This document shows, piece by piece, positions 9,629 to 18,931 of a stretch of DNA of 34,729 nt. The stretch spans positions 1-34,729 of IMG/VR virus record IMGVR_UViG_3300014656_006071; one strand, written 5' to 3'. The notes under the pieces were generated by a model, which was not told the origin of the DNA, did not search any database, and was given only the letters and a program-made list of their open reading frames with translations. This DNA comes from a virus. Its lineage: Duplodnaviria > Caudoviricetes. Both the position numbers and the translations under genes were made by a program. How positions within the stretch are numbered: position 1 is the stretch's first letter; each line of letters begins with the position of its first letter.

Positions 9629-10810
9629 TTAGGATCTGTCAGCAGGACCCGTAAATGACTTAGTAAGCTGTACCCTGAACGGATAAGAAGGAGCAAGAAC
9701 AATGTTCTTAGCACAGGTAATCGCTCTACCTTGATTAAGGATACCGACACCATAGCGTTCGAACATCTTTACAACTTCCATATCTTCCCACGGCCTAGAG
9801 AACTGATCCGTCTGAAGCGATTCTCGTAATACGATAACACCAAGATTAGTAGCATCAACGGCGTAAATCGTAGTAGTCTTAGTAATCTTGTTCAGTTCAA
9901 TGAACGGACTATAGACTACCGAAGGCAGGAAAGGAACCTGTCCAGAGACAACACCAGTGTCAGTACCTCCAGCGGCAGAGAAGCCACTAAGGAATCCCGA
10001 ACTGATATTCTCAGGCTGTAAGTTAAGCCCTCCGTGAAGGGCAGTCTGTGCATATGTGAGCCAAGTCAAGGGGTGCATCAAGACATGTGTTGCATTGAAA
10101 TCATTTAGAATCAATGTCGCAATCATCTTGATATAGTCATCAATTGACATTGTGTTGTTGAAATCGCCAAGCCTATCTCGGCCTGTGGTCAAGAGAGTCG
10201 GGTCTGTGGTTGAAGAATTATCAAAGACAGCCAATGCAGCCGCTTTCATTTCCCTATCACACCACTCTTCACGCACCCTTGCCATAGCCTGTCCAGCAAG
10301 CTTCATCGAAACGCCCATTACATCCCAGAGGGAATCTTTGAGCATTTCGTGGGTAAATTCAAGAGCAATGCCTACCTTCCTGATTTTGATCTGCACCGTT
10401 CGTGCCTTGATGGCATCTGGCGCAGTCGTCTCATAAGGCATACCCTGGCTCATAAATTTAGCCCGCAGGGGGCCAAGGATTGGATATTCAACAATGGTAG
10501 CGGCCGCTTCGGGCGGCAATGCTACCTGGTTAAAGAGCTTGGATATGAAATAGTTAGGCTCCGTAGCAATCTGCAGTGCACCGGCAAGGATCCGTTTAGT
10601 CAGAATGGATGCATGAGTCGTACCCATAGCTTCTGACAGCGCGCCATCTAGAACAGCAAGGTGCTCAACAGAGACGTGCTTAGGATCAGTTTTCTTGAGC
10701 AACGCTACAGTCTGCGCGCCAAGTTTGCCAGGATCTTTTTCTGCAACATCTTTCAGAGCAGAGATCTCCAGCTCAATCTGATCTCGTAAAATAGTATCTG
10801 GTACTCGCAC
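9629..10810 (-). CDS. Major capsid protein (HK97 fold)
   Basis: 393 aa, GTG start with AGGAGG. Motifs 'KVGIALEFTHEMLKDS', 'AGQAMARVRE', 'THVLMHPLTW', 'ERYGVGIL'. Follows the protease and scaffold genes. Confidence 0.92.
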   Translation of the reverse strand: MRVPDTILRDQIELEISALKDVAEKDPGKLGAQTVALLKKTDPKHVSVEHLAVLDGALSEAMGTTHASILTKRILAGALQIATEPNYFISKLFNQVALPPEAAATIVEYPILGPLRAKFMSQGMPYETTAPDAIKARTVQIKIRKVGIALEFTHEMLKDSLWDVMGVSMKLAGQAMARVREEWCDREMKAAALAVFDNSSTTDPTLLTTGRDRLGDFNNTMSIDDYIKMIATLILNDFNATHVLMHPLTWLTYAQTALHGGLNLQPENISSGFLSGFSAAGGTDTGVVSGQVPFLPSVVYSPFIELNKITKTTTIYAVDATNLGVIVLRESLQTDQFSRPWEDMEVVKMFERYGVGILNQGRAITCAKNIVLAPSYPFRVQLTKSFTGPADRS

Positions 10811-10824
10811 TTGAATTCCTCCTG

Positions 10825-12057
10825 TTAATCAAACATGAGCCGGATATGGCATAAGCCAACTACTCCCGACCTGTCAAGTTGTATCGGCAAGCCAGGATAG
10901 TGCCCTGTCATTGTGAAGCTAACTGTTGCAGATGTAGTACCACTGCAAGTATAAGTAAGTTTGTAGTATCCGCCCATCTCTTTGGTAAGAGAAAGACTAG
11001 TCAAGAGGTCAGTGCCTCCGCCATCGACGGGACCACTAGCAGTTACGTTCGGACCCCAAGCATATACCGAAGTCAGGTAATATGTCTGAGCCGCACCACT
11101 CGTCGGGACAAATCCCTCAGAGATTGTAACAGCATATGAATCTCCTGCGGTGAGGTAAGGAATGCCTCTAAAATCACGATACAATGGCCACCTATGACCC
11201 CTATATTCGCCGCGCGGCCAAGCAGATGCGAGCTCATCACTTACATACCACGTGCCCGGCTCAAGCAAATACCACGGATCAAATTGTGCCTTCTCGAGCC
11301 AACCCATAATGCCACCATAAGTAGTATCATAGGTCTCGAGCTTGACGACCTGGCCAATTGTCTGATAGCTCTCCGTAGCGCTACCGCTATTGTAAAGTCC
11401 ACTCCTGTTACGAATGAACCTACCGGAAAGGGTATTTCCGCCCAAGCGAACAAAGTCACCAGGAAGTACATAGGTATTACCAGTGCCCGGAGACAACGTG
11501 ACTACCTTTGTAACACCGGCAGCCAGTGAATCGCTTGAGAAATAGGGGACCTCGATGATGCCAGCCCTATAAGGTACTGGACCATCTCCCTTAGCGCGTC
11601 CGATAACGTGCTTATAAACATGTTGGAAGGAAATGCCAAGTGGATTCCCAATGGAACCAATCTCTGAGGAGGCTGAATATGGTGAACCCTGATGAATACC
11701 ACCCGAATCGGCGATAGTACAGTAGTTCTGATTCATTGCGAACATCGGATCACTATACGACGGAAAGTCGTAGATGCTAGTGAAAGTTGTCGCGCCTCCG
11801 CTCACAGTGGCACTAATATTCCCCCTGGAAATATAGGCCAATATGAAACCTTGGGGTATGACGACCTTCCCCTCGTCAGGAGCATTAGTCTGATCCCATT
11901 CATTGGTCCAAAGAACTGGCAATGTTGGGTCAGTTTCGTAATGCGTAGTTAAACCTGCGACGCAGTCGTCCTGCTTCCACATGTCGTTTTCAGAACGTGC
12001 GGTACCTGTATAAACGTAATCGGTACCTTCTCCGCCCGGATTAGTGAAAAACGTCAT
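10825..12057 (-). CDS. Capsid decoration-like structural protein
   Basis: 410 aa, immediately upstream of the MCP. 'VVIPQGFIL', 'PGDFVR...GRF' and 'IGQVVK' resemble the decoration-type gene that precedes the MCP in large myoviruses. GGAGG RBS. Confidence 0.6.
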   Translation of the reverse strand: MTFFTNPGGEGTDYVYTGTARSENDMWKQDDCVAGLTTHYETDPTLPVLWTNEWDQTNAPDEGKVVIPQGFILAYISRGNISATVSGGATTFTSIYDFPSYSDPMFAMNQNYCTIADSGGIHQGSPYSASSEIGSIGNPLGISFQHVYKHVIGRAKGDGPVPYRAGIIEVPYFSSDSLAAGVTKVVTLSPGTGNTYVLPGDFVRLGGNTLSGRFIRNRSGLYNSGSATESYQTIGQVVKLETYDTTYGGIMGWLEKAQFDPWYLLEPGTWYVSDELASAWPRGEYRGHRWPLYRDFRGIPYLTAGDSYAVTISEGFVPTSGAAQTYYLTSVYAWGPNVTASGPVDGGGTDLLTSLSLTKEMGGYYKLTYTCSGTTSATVSFTMTGHYPGLPIQLDRSGVVGLCHIRLMFD

Positions 12058-12075
12058 GTTATATCCTCCGTCTTA

Positions 12076-12651
12076 TTAAGAGCGACCGCGCTTCTTCCGT
12101 GTATCTAATACTGCGGATAATTTCGCGGCATCATATTTTTCTTCAGTTAGATTATCTGAGTTACCGGCTTCGAGTGGATTGTCAGCAGTGGGAGCGTCCT
12201 CTGTTCCACCTTTGGCTTTATACTCGGCTTCAAGATCTACGAGCATATCATTCAAAGAATCTTCTGTGCGCGTACAATGCGCCTCTATCGCCTGGTCGAG
12301 TTTCTCGACCCCAGGTTTACCGAGCGCATGTTTCAGCACAACGACTTTTCTGGCCAGCTCTTTATGAAGAGCAGTGGCCTGATCAGCTAACTTTGTTTCA
12401 AGCTCCGAGATCTTAGCATCTTTGTCCTTAAGAGCTTTCTCTCCGGATGTCGAAGTTGCCTCGAGAGATGCCTGGAGCTCTTCTACCTTCCCCTGGAGCT
12501 CGCTGTTCTTCTCTTCGAGACCCTTGACCTTGTCATCGGATTCTCCGAGGTCTTCGACAACCTTAGAGGCAGCCTCCTTGATAGACGAGATAATATCAAT
12601 CGCATCTTCTAAGGTCGCTGGCTCTTTCGACATAATGTCATCTAAGTTCAT
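12076..12651 (-). CDS. Scaffold protein (coiled coil)
   Basis: 191 aa, rich in E/K/L/A heptads, with a basic C-terminal tail, in the usual scaffold position. Confidence 0.7.
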   Translation of the reverse strand: MNLDDIMSKEPATLEDAIDIISSIKEAASKVVEDLGESDDKVKGLEEKNSELQGKVEELQASLEATSTSGEKALKDKDAKISELETKLADQATALHKELARKVVVLKHALGKPGVEKLDQAIEAHCTRTEDSLNDMLVDLEAEYKAKGGTEDAPTADNPLEAGNSDNLTEEKYDAAKLSAVLDTRKKRGRS

Positions 12652-12657
12652 ACGTGC

Positions 12658-13230
12658 TTAGTCCTCCTTGGATTGGAAGCGCCAGTGCAGAGTCTCGTCG
12701 AGTTTATCGACAACCTTATGCATACTGGGGAACTCATACTTCATTAAGTGTGTCACAATACGAGAATGTGCGGAAATCAACGCCTCTCGGTCGAAGATAC
12801 TTTCGCCGTCAGGCATCGTCCACCACTTGTGAATAAGAGAGTGATACTCAATTAAATCACTCAATTCATCTGACTCTTTCTTTTTCTTACTATCACAGCC
12901 AAGAGATTTGGCTTTTCGTTCTACGCATGCGCGAATACGTGCCTTAATATCTGCTGATGCACCTTTGGGAAAGCCCCGAGCGAGATATGCCCGAGCAGCA
13001 GAAACCCTAGTACAATCTGGTACAGGCCAAGTTCTATTTGGTCCGCAAAATGTACTCGCATTCAAGGATTTTCTATCCTTGGTCGTCAACGCTTTTTCTG
13101 CATCAAATTCTCCAGCCTCGATGAGCCCTTCGATGAAACTCTCAAAATCTTCATCAAGATAGAGATACATCTGTTCGTTGAAGTTATCAACTTCCAGTCC
13201 TGCCTCAATGAATTCTGTTCCCTTACTCAT
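12658..13230 (-). CDS. Prohead core/scaffold-associated protein with DUF6582-like domain
   Basis: True start is probably ATG 13230 (MSKGTEF..., upstream GAGGAGG, ATGAGTAA overlap with the protease stop), giving 190 aa. 'LTTKDRKSLNASTFCGPNRTWPVPDC...RKAKSLG' is a small helical domain recalled from phage protease/scaffold proteins. Confidence 0.65.
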   Translation of the reverse strand: MSKGTEFIEAGLEVDNFNEQMYLYLDEDFESFIEGLIEAGEFDAEKALTTKDRKSLNASTFCGPNRTWPVPDCTRVSAARAYLARGFPKGASADIKARIRACVERKAKSLGCDSKKKKESDELSDLIEYHSLIHKWWTMPDGESIFDREALISAHSRIVTHLMKYEFPSMHKVVDKLDETLHWRFQSKED

Positions 13231-13885
13231 CGTTGCCTTCCTCCTCTCCTGTAGTTTCGTCGCTCTCGTTCTTCTTGGAAGTATCCTTGCCCAGACTGAT
13301 AACACCAGCCGCTGGAACACCAGGAATACTGACGAAAGAAAGTTCGCGAAACCACATGTTGCCCACTTCCCAGACACACAGTTTCTTACCATAGCGTTGG
13401 CCCTTTGTGTGGTCACAAATTTCGCGGGTCTTGTATATGTCATTACCACATATAGAGCAGACCACGGAATCTGTGAGATATCCAACAGAGACACTTAGAT
13501 AGTCCCCTTCTTTAACCTTCTCGATATACTTCCAATCACTGATGCGCGCACACACCATTATGTGAGTATTATCAACAAAGTTGGAAGTGACTATTCTACC
13601 TAAGATATCTCCAAAGGTCTCGTGATTAAGCAGAAGTGGCTTTGGATAGACATCAGTGAACGATCTATATCCACTGCGTTCACCGTGGTCATTCTTCTTG
13701 CCCCCCTTGAGCGACTCCGAAGAATAACTATTGAAATTCTTCGAGACGCCTGCTGTCACGGCTAATATCTCTGGAAATAAGGCATCTTCTTTACCGACCG
13801 CGTTCGCCAATGACAGTGCCGGAAATGGCCCTGCCAAAGATTCAGTCAGTTTTAAGTACTTGTCATAAATCAATATACTCATCAT
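13223..13885 (-). CDS. Prohead maturation protease with Zn-binding insert
   Basis: Catalytic-type motifs 'PLLLNH...LGRI' (His), 'LSVSVG' (Ser) and 'RELSFVSIP'. Carries a CSIC...CDH insert. Follows the portal gene. Confidence 0.88.
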   Translation of the reverse strand: MMSILIYDKYLKLTESLAGPFPALSLANAVGKEDALFPEILAVTAGVSKNFNSYSSESLKGGKKNDHGERSGYRSFTDVYPKPLLLNHETFGDILGRIVTSNFVDNTHIMVCARISDWKYIEKVKEGDYLSVSVGYLTDSVVCSICGNDIYKTREICDHTKGQRYGKKLCVWEVGNMWFRELSFVSIPGVPAAGVISLGKDTSKKNESDETTGEEEGNDE

Positions 13886-15357
13886 TTTCTTCCTTTTTGC
13901 GGCGACCCTTTTGTCTTATACTGATTAGTGGGTCTGTCCCTATTCGCCGTAGTCTTATTGGTCTTGGTCTTTGGAGCGCCAGCACCAGTAGCACCAGGCG
14001 GATGCGCCGCTTTAATCTCGGGTATCTTAATCAGATTACTAAAGAGACCTTTCTGTTCAGAATCCTGCAATGGATCAATGCCCATATCGGTTCTGACTTC
14101 ATCTAGCGTGGCAACATTGCCAGCGAATTTCTGTATCACGTGGTTCTCGTGCTTGATCTTATTATCAAAGTCTATTTCTTTGAATTGGAAGTTTACTATC
14201 ACATCTGTATTCATTATATTCCAATTATCTTCTCGAAGCCATTCATTGAATATAAAATCGGCTATAACAGTAGCAACGGCGCGCTGGTAGAACTTAATCC
14301 AAACATAAGTTTCTAATCTTGCCTGGTCAGCAACTGAATTGTTCATATCAGAGATATCACCGACTATGAATGGATCACCTAGGAGACCAGACAAGGTGCG
14401 ATTTCTGAAGTACTTCAAGAAATTAAATTGATCTGTTATTCCGCTTGTCTGTAATACGGATTCAGCAGAGAGACGTTCTGTACAGGCAAACCAGCCCTGA
14501 AGAGGCATATTGGCTATTTCCTCTCGTAACGTCGCCACCTCATCAAGACGGCCGTACAGTCCTGGCTGAGGAAGACCAATCTTCATTAATATTAATGGAG
14601 TTATATGTCTTGCCATAACTTGGAGAGTATCTTCCTCGAATTCTCTCAGGGCCTTGACATCGTCTAAGGCATTCAATGCGGGAGGTTTACCAAAGATTTC
14701 CCCACGCGTAGGTGTAAGAGCGAAATGAATTACATCATTGGCTGAGAATGTAACAGGAGGAGCCCCAGGCACTTCGTACGTCCAAGAAATAAGTCTACCA
14801 TTCCCATCAACAGTGGGAGTCATAAAATCTAAATGGACAGGCCAATAACCTGTGACTGGTCCCGACGCATTGACGCCCGCTAATCTTTTGAATATTGAAG
14901 TTGAAGGAAGAGACACCTTAACGTCATTTCTTAGTCTACTCTTGATGAGAACTACGTTATGGTACGTTATAAGATCTTGGCTAATTTCATCAATTAATCG
15001 GGAAAATGGATAGATATTCGCACCAGTCCCTTTGCCCATGGAAATCTCCATCATCCTGACACGTTGTTTAATATACTCTCTCGCAGCATCGTTTCGACTG
15101 ACAATACCCCATCCCTCTTGAACGACAAGACTAATCATCCTGTCGCGTATGCGCTTAGCATATGCCTCTGTATCATATAGCGCATCTATCTGCGCCACAT
15201 CAAATTCTGGAGTAACACCAAGCCTACTAGTCCTGTTAACGCCAGCAACATATCCAAATTTCGTTGGGCTAAAGAACTTTGGCTTAGCTAAAGAGACAGG
15301 GATAATCTGACTAAGAAGATCAGACGAAACCTTTGCTGTTAATCCTCCTGCGGGCAT
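13882..15357 (-). CDS. Portal protein
   Basis: 491 aa. Motifs 'DVIHF...FGKPP...ALDDVKALR' and 'TLDEVRTDMGIDP'. Lies between terminase and protease. Confidence 0.88.
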   Translation of the reverse strand: MPAGGLTAKVSSDLLSQIIPVSLAKPKFFSPTKFGYVAGVNRTSRLGVTPEFDVAQIDALYDTEAYAKRIRDRMISLVVQEGWGIVSRNDAAREYIKQRVRMMEISMGKGTGANIYPFSRLIDEISQDLITYHNVVLIKSRLRNDVKVSLPSTSIFKRLAGVNASGPVTGYWPVHLDFMTPTVDGNGRLISWTYEVPGAPPVTFSANDVIHFALTPTRGEIFGKPPALNALDDVKALREFEEDTLQVMARHITPLILMKIGLPQPGLYGRLDEVATLREEIANMPLQGWFACTERLSAESVLQTSGITDQFNFLKYFRNRTLSGLLGDPFIVGDISDMNNSVADQARLETYVWIKFYQRAVATVIADFIFNEWLREDNWNIMNTDVIVNFQFKEIDFDNKIKHENHVIQKFAGNVATLDEVRTDMGIDPLQDSEQKGLFSNLIKIPEIKAAHPPGATGAGAPKTKTNKTTANRDRPTNQYKTKGSPQKGRK

Positions 15358-15369
15358 AGTTCCTCCAAA

Positions 15370-16416
15370 TTAACAATCTGTAAATCTTTCGACATCCTCT
15401 ATGCGAGATAGTACAATGGGATCTCCCTGTCTAAAAGGAGGGATTATCTCATCTTTCCTGCGATTACTCCCAGGAGAGACATAACAACCGCAAGAATCTA
15501 TAGTATATATAGCAGGAATATATCTGTTAAATGTTGTGTCGAATATCATATCTGCATTAACCGCTTTGAGAGCCTCATCAACTAGCGTACTGATGACTTG
15601 TGAATCGGGAATACTAGAAACCTCTAATAATTGCTGACGAAGTCCCTGGGTAATCTTGGCAATATCCATCCATTCAGATTTTAAGGCCAACTTATTAATC
15701 TGATCAAGCTTAAACTGATATTTCTGATCTGATTTACCCCACATATCCCTGAGCTTGAATTTAAAATCATCCATTAGGTCATCCAAAGAATCCATCAAGA
15801 AGTGTCCAAGATTTTCTAACGGAAGACATCTCTCTAAAAGATCTTCTGAACAGCTTTCGTGTTGTATCAGGTCATTAACTAATGAACCAACCTGACCTCG
15901 GGCATCTAACAAAAGCCTTGTCTGCAATGAGGCAATTACATTAACTATGGCGTGTATCAGCGGACTACCTAATTTTATTAATCCAGATATACCATTTTGT
16001 AAAGGTATATCGAGAGCTACCAGTGATACATCTAGTCCTTTGAGAAGTCCCGCTAGATCTTCCGCTGCCTGTTTAATATCTTGTAATGGACCACAGATAC
16101 TACGAAGCATCCATCCTAACGCACAACCAAGAGTTTGTGGATACGAATTATATAATGTCGATAAGGAGTTATACTTAATCTTATCGGCTAATTCTTCGGC
16201 CTTCTGAGCCTTTAAGGCATAGAACTTTGATAACTCCTCAAACTCGCCGCTCGCTTCTTCCCGTTGTCCATTCAAAAGATCATATATTGATGTATTAAAT
16301 ATATCAACACCTTCGGAAGCAGAGGCATCATTGATGGCGGATTCTATGACTCGCTGTTCATCAGAAACGAGTCGCCCGAGTTCGTCACCTAATTCATCTA
16401 GAAAATTGATATTCAT
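15370..16416 (-). CDS. Hypothetical alpha-helical protein
   Basis: 348-aa Leu/Asp-rich helical ORF with scattered Cys, between terminase and portal. Confidence 0.65.
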   Translation of the reverse strand: MNINFLDELGDELGRLVSDEQRVIESAINDASASEGVDIFNTSIYDLLNGQREEASGEFEELSKFYALKAQKAEELADKIKYNSLSTLYNSYPQTLGCALGWMLRSICGPLQDIKQAAEDLAGLLKGLDVSLVALDIPLQNGISGLIKLGSPLIHAIVNVIASLQTRLLLDARGQVGSLVNDLIQHESCSEDLLERCLPLENLGHFLMDSLDDLMDDFKFKLRDMWGKSDQKYQFKLDQINKLALKSEWMDIAKITQGLRQQLLEVSSIPDSQVISTLVDEALKAVNADMIFDTTFNRYIPAIYTIDSCGCYVSPGSNRRKDEIIPPFRQGDPIVLSRIEDVERFTDC

Positions 16417-16423
16417 AGTCTCT

Positions 16424-16666
16424 CTATTTTAATAAGGAGTTAAGGAGGGTATTTATATCAGTATAAATGACCTCTAATTCCATCTTATATTTTTCTGGTA
16501 AAGGAGCAACATCCATCTGTGGATCCACGAGCCCAAGTATTCCAGATAGATCAACAAGCAGTTCTGCTTCTTGGTCTCGTAGCATGGCAAGATATTGAAT
16601 ATCCGGCCCTATCGGTGTCATTGATAGAGTTTTTAATATGAGCAACATTGCCTCTCTATTCGTCAT
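16424..16666 (-). CDS. Hypothetical protein
   Basis: 80 aa, with an ATGA overlap with the upstream gene. Confidence 0.6.
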   Translation of the reverse strand: MTNREAMLLILKTLSMTPIGPDIQYLAMLRDQEAELLVDLSGILGLVDPQMDVAPLPEKYKMELEVIYTDINTLLNSLLK

Positions 16667-17076
16667 TCGCTACATCCTTTAATTCTTATAGCAGCCGCCA
16701 CGCCAAAAGCTATAGTATCAAGAATATTATTCCTGGCAGCCTTATAAGTATTTTCGAACACCATTACAAATAATCCATCTATATCCTTAATAGTTACCTT
16801 GTCTTTGTTAAAGAATTCCTTTAGCTCAGCTCCTCCCCTAACTTGAGAAAGATCGATTTGCCTATTCTCCCACTTTCCTAGAATATAACCAGTAGCTATC
16901 CTTGTCTTCTTTAGAGCACCGATTATAGATAACACCGCCGTCACCTTGGTATATATTGGAGTCTTAACATATATAGGAGACTCAATGAATTGACTTAGCG
17001 GAGCAGTCGGTTCAATCTCTTGTGGTTCAGCTACGAACTCTCTATCTAATCTATCGGGATAAAAATCGTCTGCCAT
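16663..17076 (-). CDS. Hypothetical protein
   Basis: 137 aa. Its GAGGT RBS lies within the 3' end of the terminase gene. Confidence 0.6.
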   Translation of the reverse strand: MADDFYPDRLDREFVAEPQEIEPTAPLSQFIESPIYVKTPIYTKVTAVLSIIGALKKTRIATGYILGKWENRQIDLSQVRGGAELKEFFNKDKVTIKDIDGLFVMVFENTYKAARNNILDTIAFGVAAAIRIKGCSE

Positions 17077-18931
17077 TACCTCTCCAAGATGGTAAACCTC
17101 GTGGTTCCCTTCTGCCCAAGGTATTAGACCTCGGTTTTCCCCAGCTTCCTCTCGGAATTATTGCTCCCCATTGTGAAATATTATCTTCTTTTTCTGGCTC
17201 TGGCTTCAATCTAGACCGCTCATATTCTGGCATAGGCACAAAGAATGCGGCGGATGTGAAGTCAGGGCGATTGAATCCGAAGTGATGTATCATTACAGCA
17301 TGAAGAGCAAGGATAAGGGCATCATGTGCATCATCTGATACAATTGAATCAGCGGAATATACTGGGCGCCCAGAGTCGGCATATCTCTTTACATAGTATC
17401 CAGAAAGTTGGGCACGAAGACCCCTCGCGAATTGCCCCTGAACAACTCTACCATCAGATAATTGTATAGGTTTATCGCTATAGCCATCTCTACATCCAAT
17501 AATTCTGCCATTTTCCATAGTTTTGACTAAATTATTAACCATCCATGGCTTTATAGGACCAGAGGTTAAATCCATTGTTATAGCATCAAAGTATTCTAAC
17601 TTATCACTAAAACTAATACCAACAACTTTGTCTGTCAATCCACCTTCTGGATGGATATTGCCATAGATATGTAACTGCTCAATCTGTGATTCGCCCGCGC
17701 CACGATCACAGAATATCCAGTGTGGTCTAAAGATTTCATTGATCTGAATAATCTTATCTATAGCATGACTATATGTAAGTTCACCTTCCTTGCCAGGAGG
17801 CAAATTTTCCCTGAACCTAATGACCACTTTGTCGAGTATAGGATCAACTTCCAGACCTATTATCTCAGGACCAACACTATATTTATTCCAATCTACACCG
17901 ATGGTTCTACAAGGAGAATTTAGATTAGGAGACATCGAATATGTATAGTTAGAGAGTTCAGAATCAAACATCATAGAGATATAGAATTCCTGATAAACGC
18001 CTCCTTCTAGTTCTCCCCAATCTGCTTCGACCTCGTGAACCCATTTTTCGGTGGTTAATTCTCTGCGCAACGCCGCCTGTGTATCATCATCCCATGCGGG
18101 CCCTATATCTACGTCTGCTCCATTCTCTATAGCCCATTCTTTATACAAATTCGCGGCCATTTCTCTAGAATAATAGAATTCTTTATATTCGACATCATTA
18201 CAAAGATTATAGAAATGAGAACGCGCGCCAGAGGGTGTGCTAGACACTATGACATCAACATTTAATTCAAGTATAATGGGGATGGCAGCGTCAAACATGG
18301 TAGGATCCATATAATCCATCTCGTCAAATATCATTAAGACTCTTCCTGCTGTAGCATTGTCGGCTCTCTTTTGCTTAGCACCAAAACCACGGACAGCTCT
18401 CGCCGTACAGAAACCTCTAATGGTTGATCCGTTAGAGAAGCCTAACTCATGTGGGCGACGCCTATCTGGCTCTGTTTTTACATCCATAGTTGTCAGCATC
18501 GGCCTAAGCTTATCATCAAAGAGCTGATCTAACTGCGATTCTCCTGGGCCTATAACGAGAACAGTTGCCCTTTCATTTGTGAGAGCAGTATGTAATGCTA
18601 TCCAAGACAAGATCATACTCTTGCCAGTTCGTCTGGCAAATCGTAGAGCTAATCTTTTAGGACCGGGATTTATAGAATACCATTCAGATTGACAAATAGG
18701 ACAAATATCGGGAGGTTCCTCGTATCTCTGAATCTGTTGCTCACAGTCAAGATTCGAACATCTACATCTTTTTGGCGCTTGATGCTCTAGCACATTTACT
18801 TGATGGGGCCAAGGACGCATGTTAATCTTATCTTCTACCCATCCAGTTATATCATCAAGGAGGCGAATCTCTTTGGTGAGGCGTTCATTATCAGTTGGGG
18901 GGAGATAAAGGCTATTATAAAGCTCATCCAT
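17051..18931 (-). CDS. terL: Terminase large subunit
   Basis: Q motif 'PWPHQ', Walker A 'ARRTGKS', Walker B 'LMIFDE', coupling motif 'SSTP', nuclease motifs 'IGVDWN' and 'DDAHDA'. Confidence 0.93.
   Translation of the reverse strand: MDELYNSLYLPPTDNERLTKEIRLLDDITGWVEDKINMRPWPHQVNVLEHQAPKRCRCSNLDCEQQIQRYEEPPDICPICQSEWYSINPGPKRLALRFARRTGKSMILSWIALHTALTNERATVLVIGPGESQLDQLFDDKLRPMLTTMDVKTEPDRRRPHELGFSNGSTIRGFCTARAVRGFGAKQKRADNATAGRVLMIFDEMDYMDPTMFDAAIPIILELNVDVIVSSTPSGARSHFYNLCNDVEYKEFYYSREMAANLYKEWAIENGADVDIGPAWDDDTQAALRRELTTEKWVHEVEADWGELEGGVYQEFYISMMFDSELSNYTYSMSPNLNSPCRTIGVDWNKYSVGPEIIGLEVDPILDKVVIRFRENLPPGKEGELTYSHAIDKIIQINEIFRPHWIFCDRGAGESQIEQLHIYGNIHPEGGLTDKVVGISFSDKLEYFDAITMDLTSGPIKPWMVNNLVKTMENGRIIGCRDGYSDKPIQLSDGRVVQGQFARGLRAQLSGYYVKRYADSGRPVYSADSIVSDDAHDALILALHAVMIHHFGFNRPDFTSAAFFVPMPEYERSRLKPEPEKEDNISQWGAIIPRGSWGKPRSNTLGRREPRGLPSWRGNGRRFLSR

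Noticed and set aside
13231-13494. N-terminal extension of the 278-aa ORF in the track
   Set aside because: It overlaps the protease gene by about 270 nt. The RBS and coupled ATG at 13230 give a better start.
17051-18931. Intein or intron in the terminase
   Set aside because: The Cys-starting insert is only about 35-38 aa, lacks a His-Asn/Cys-Ser-Thr junction, and the ORF is uninterrupted.
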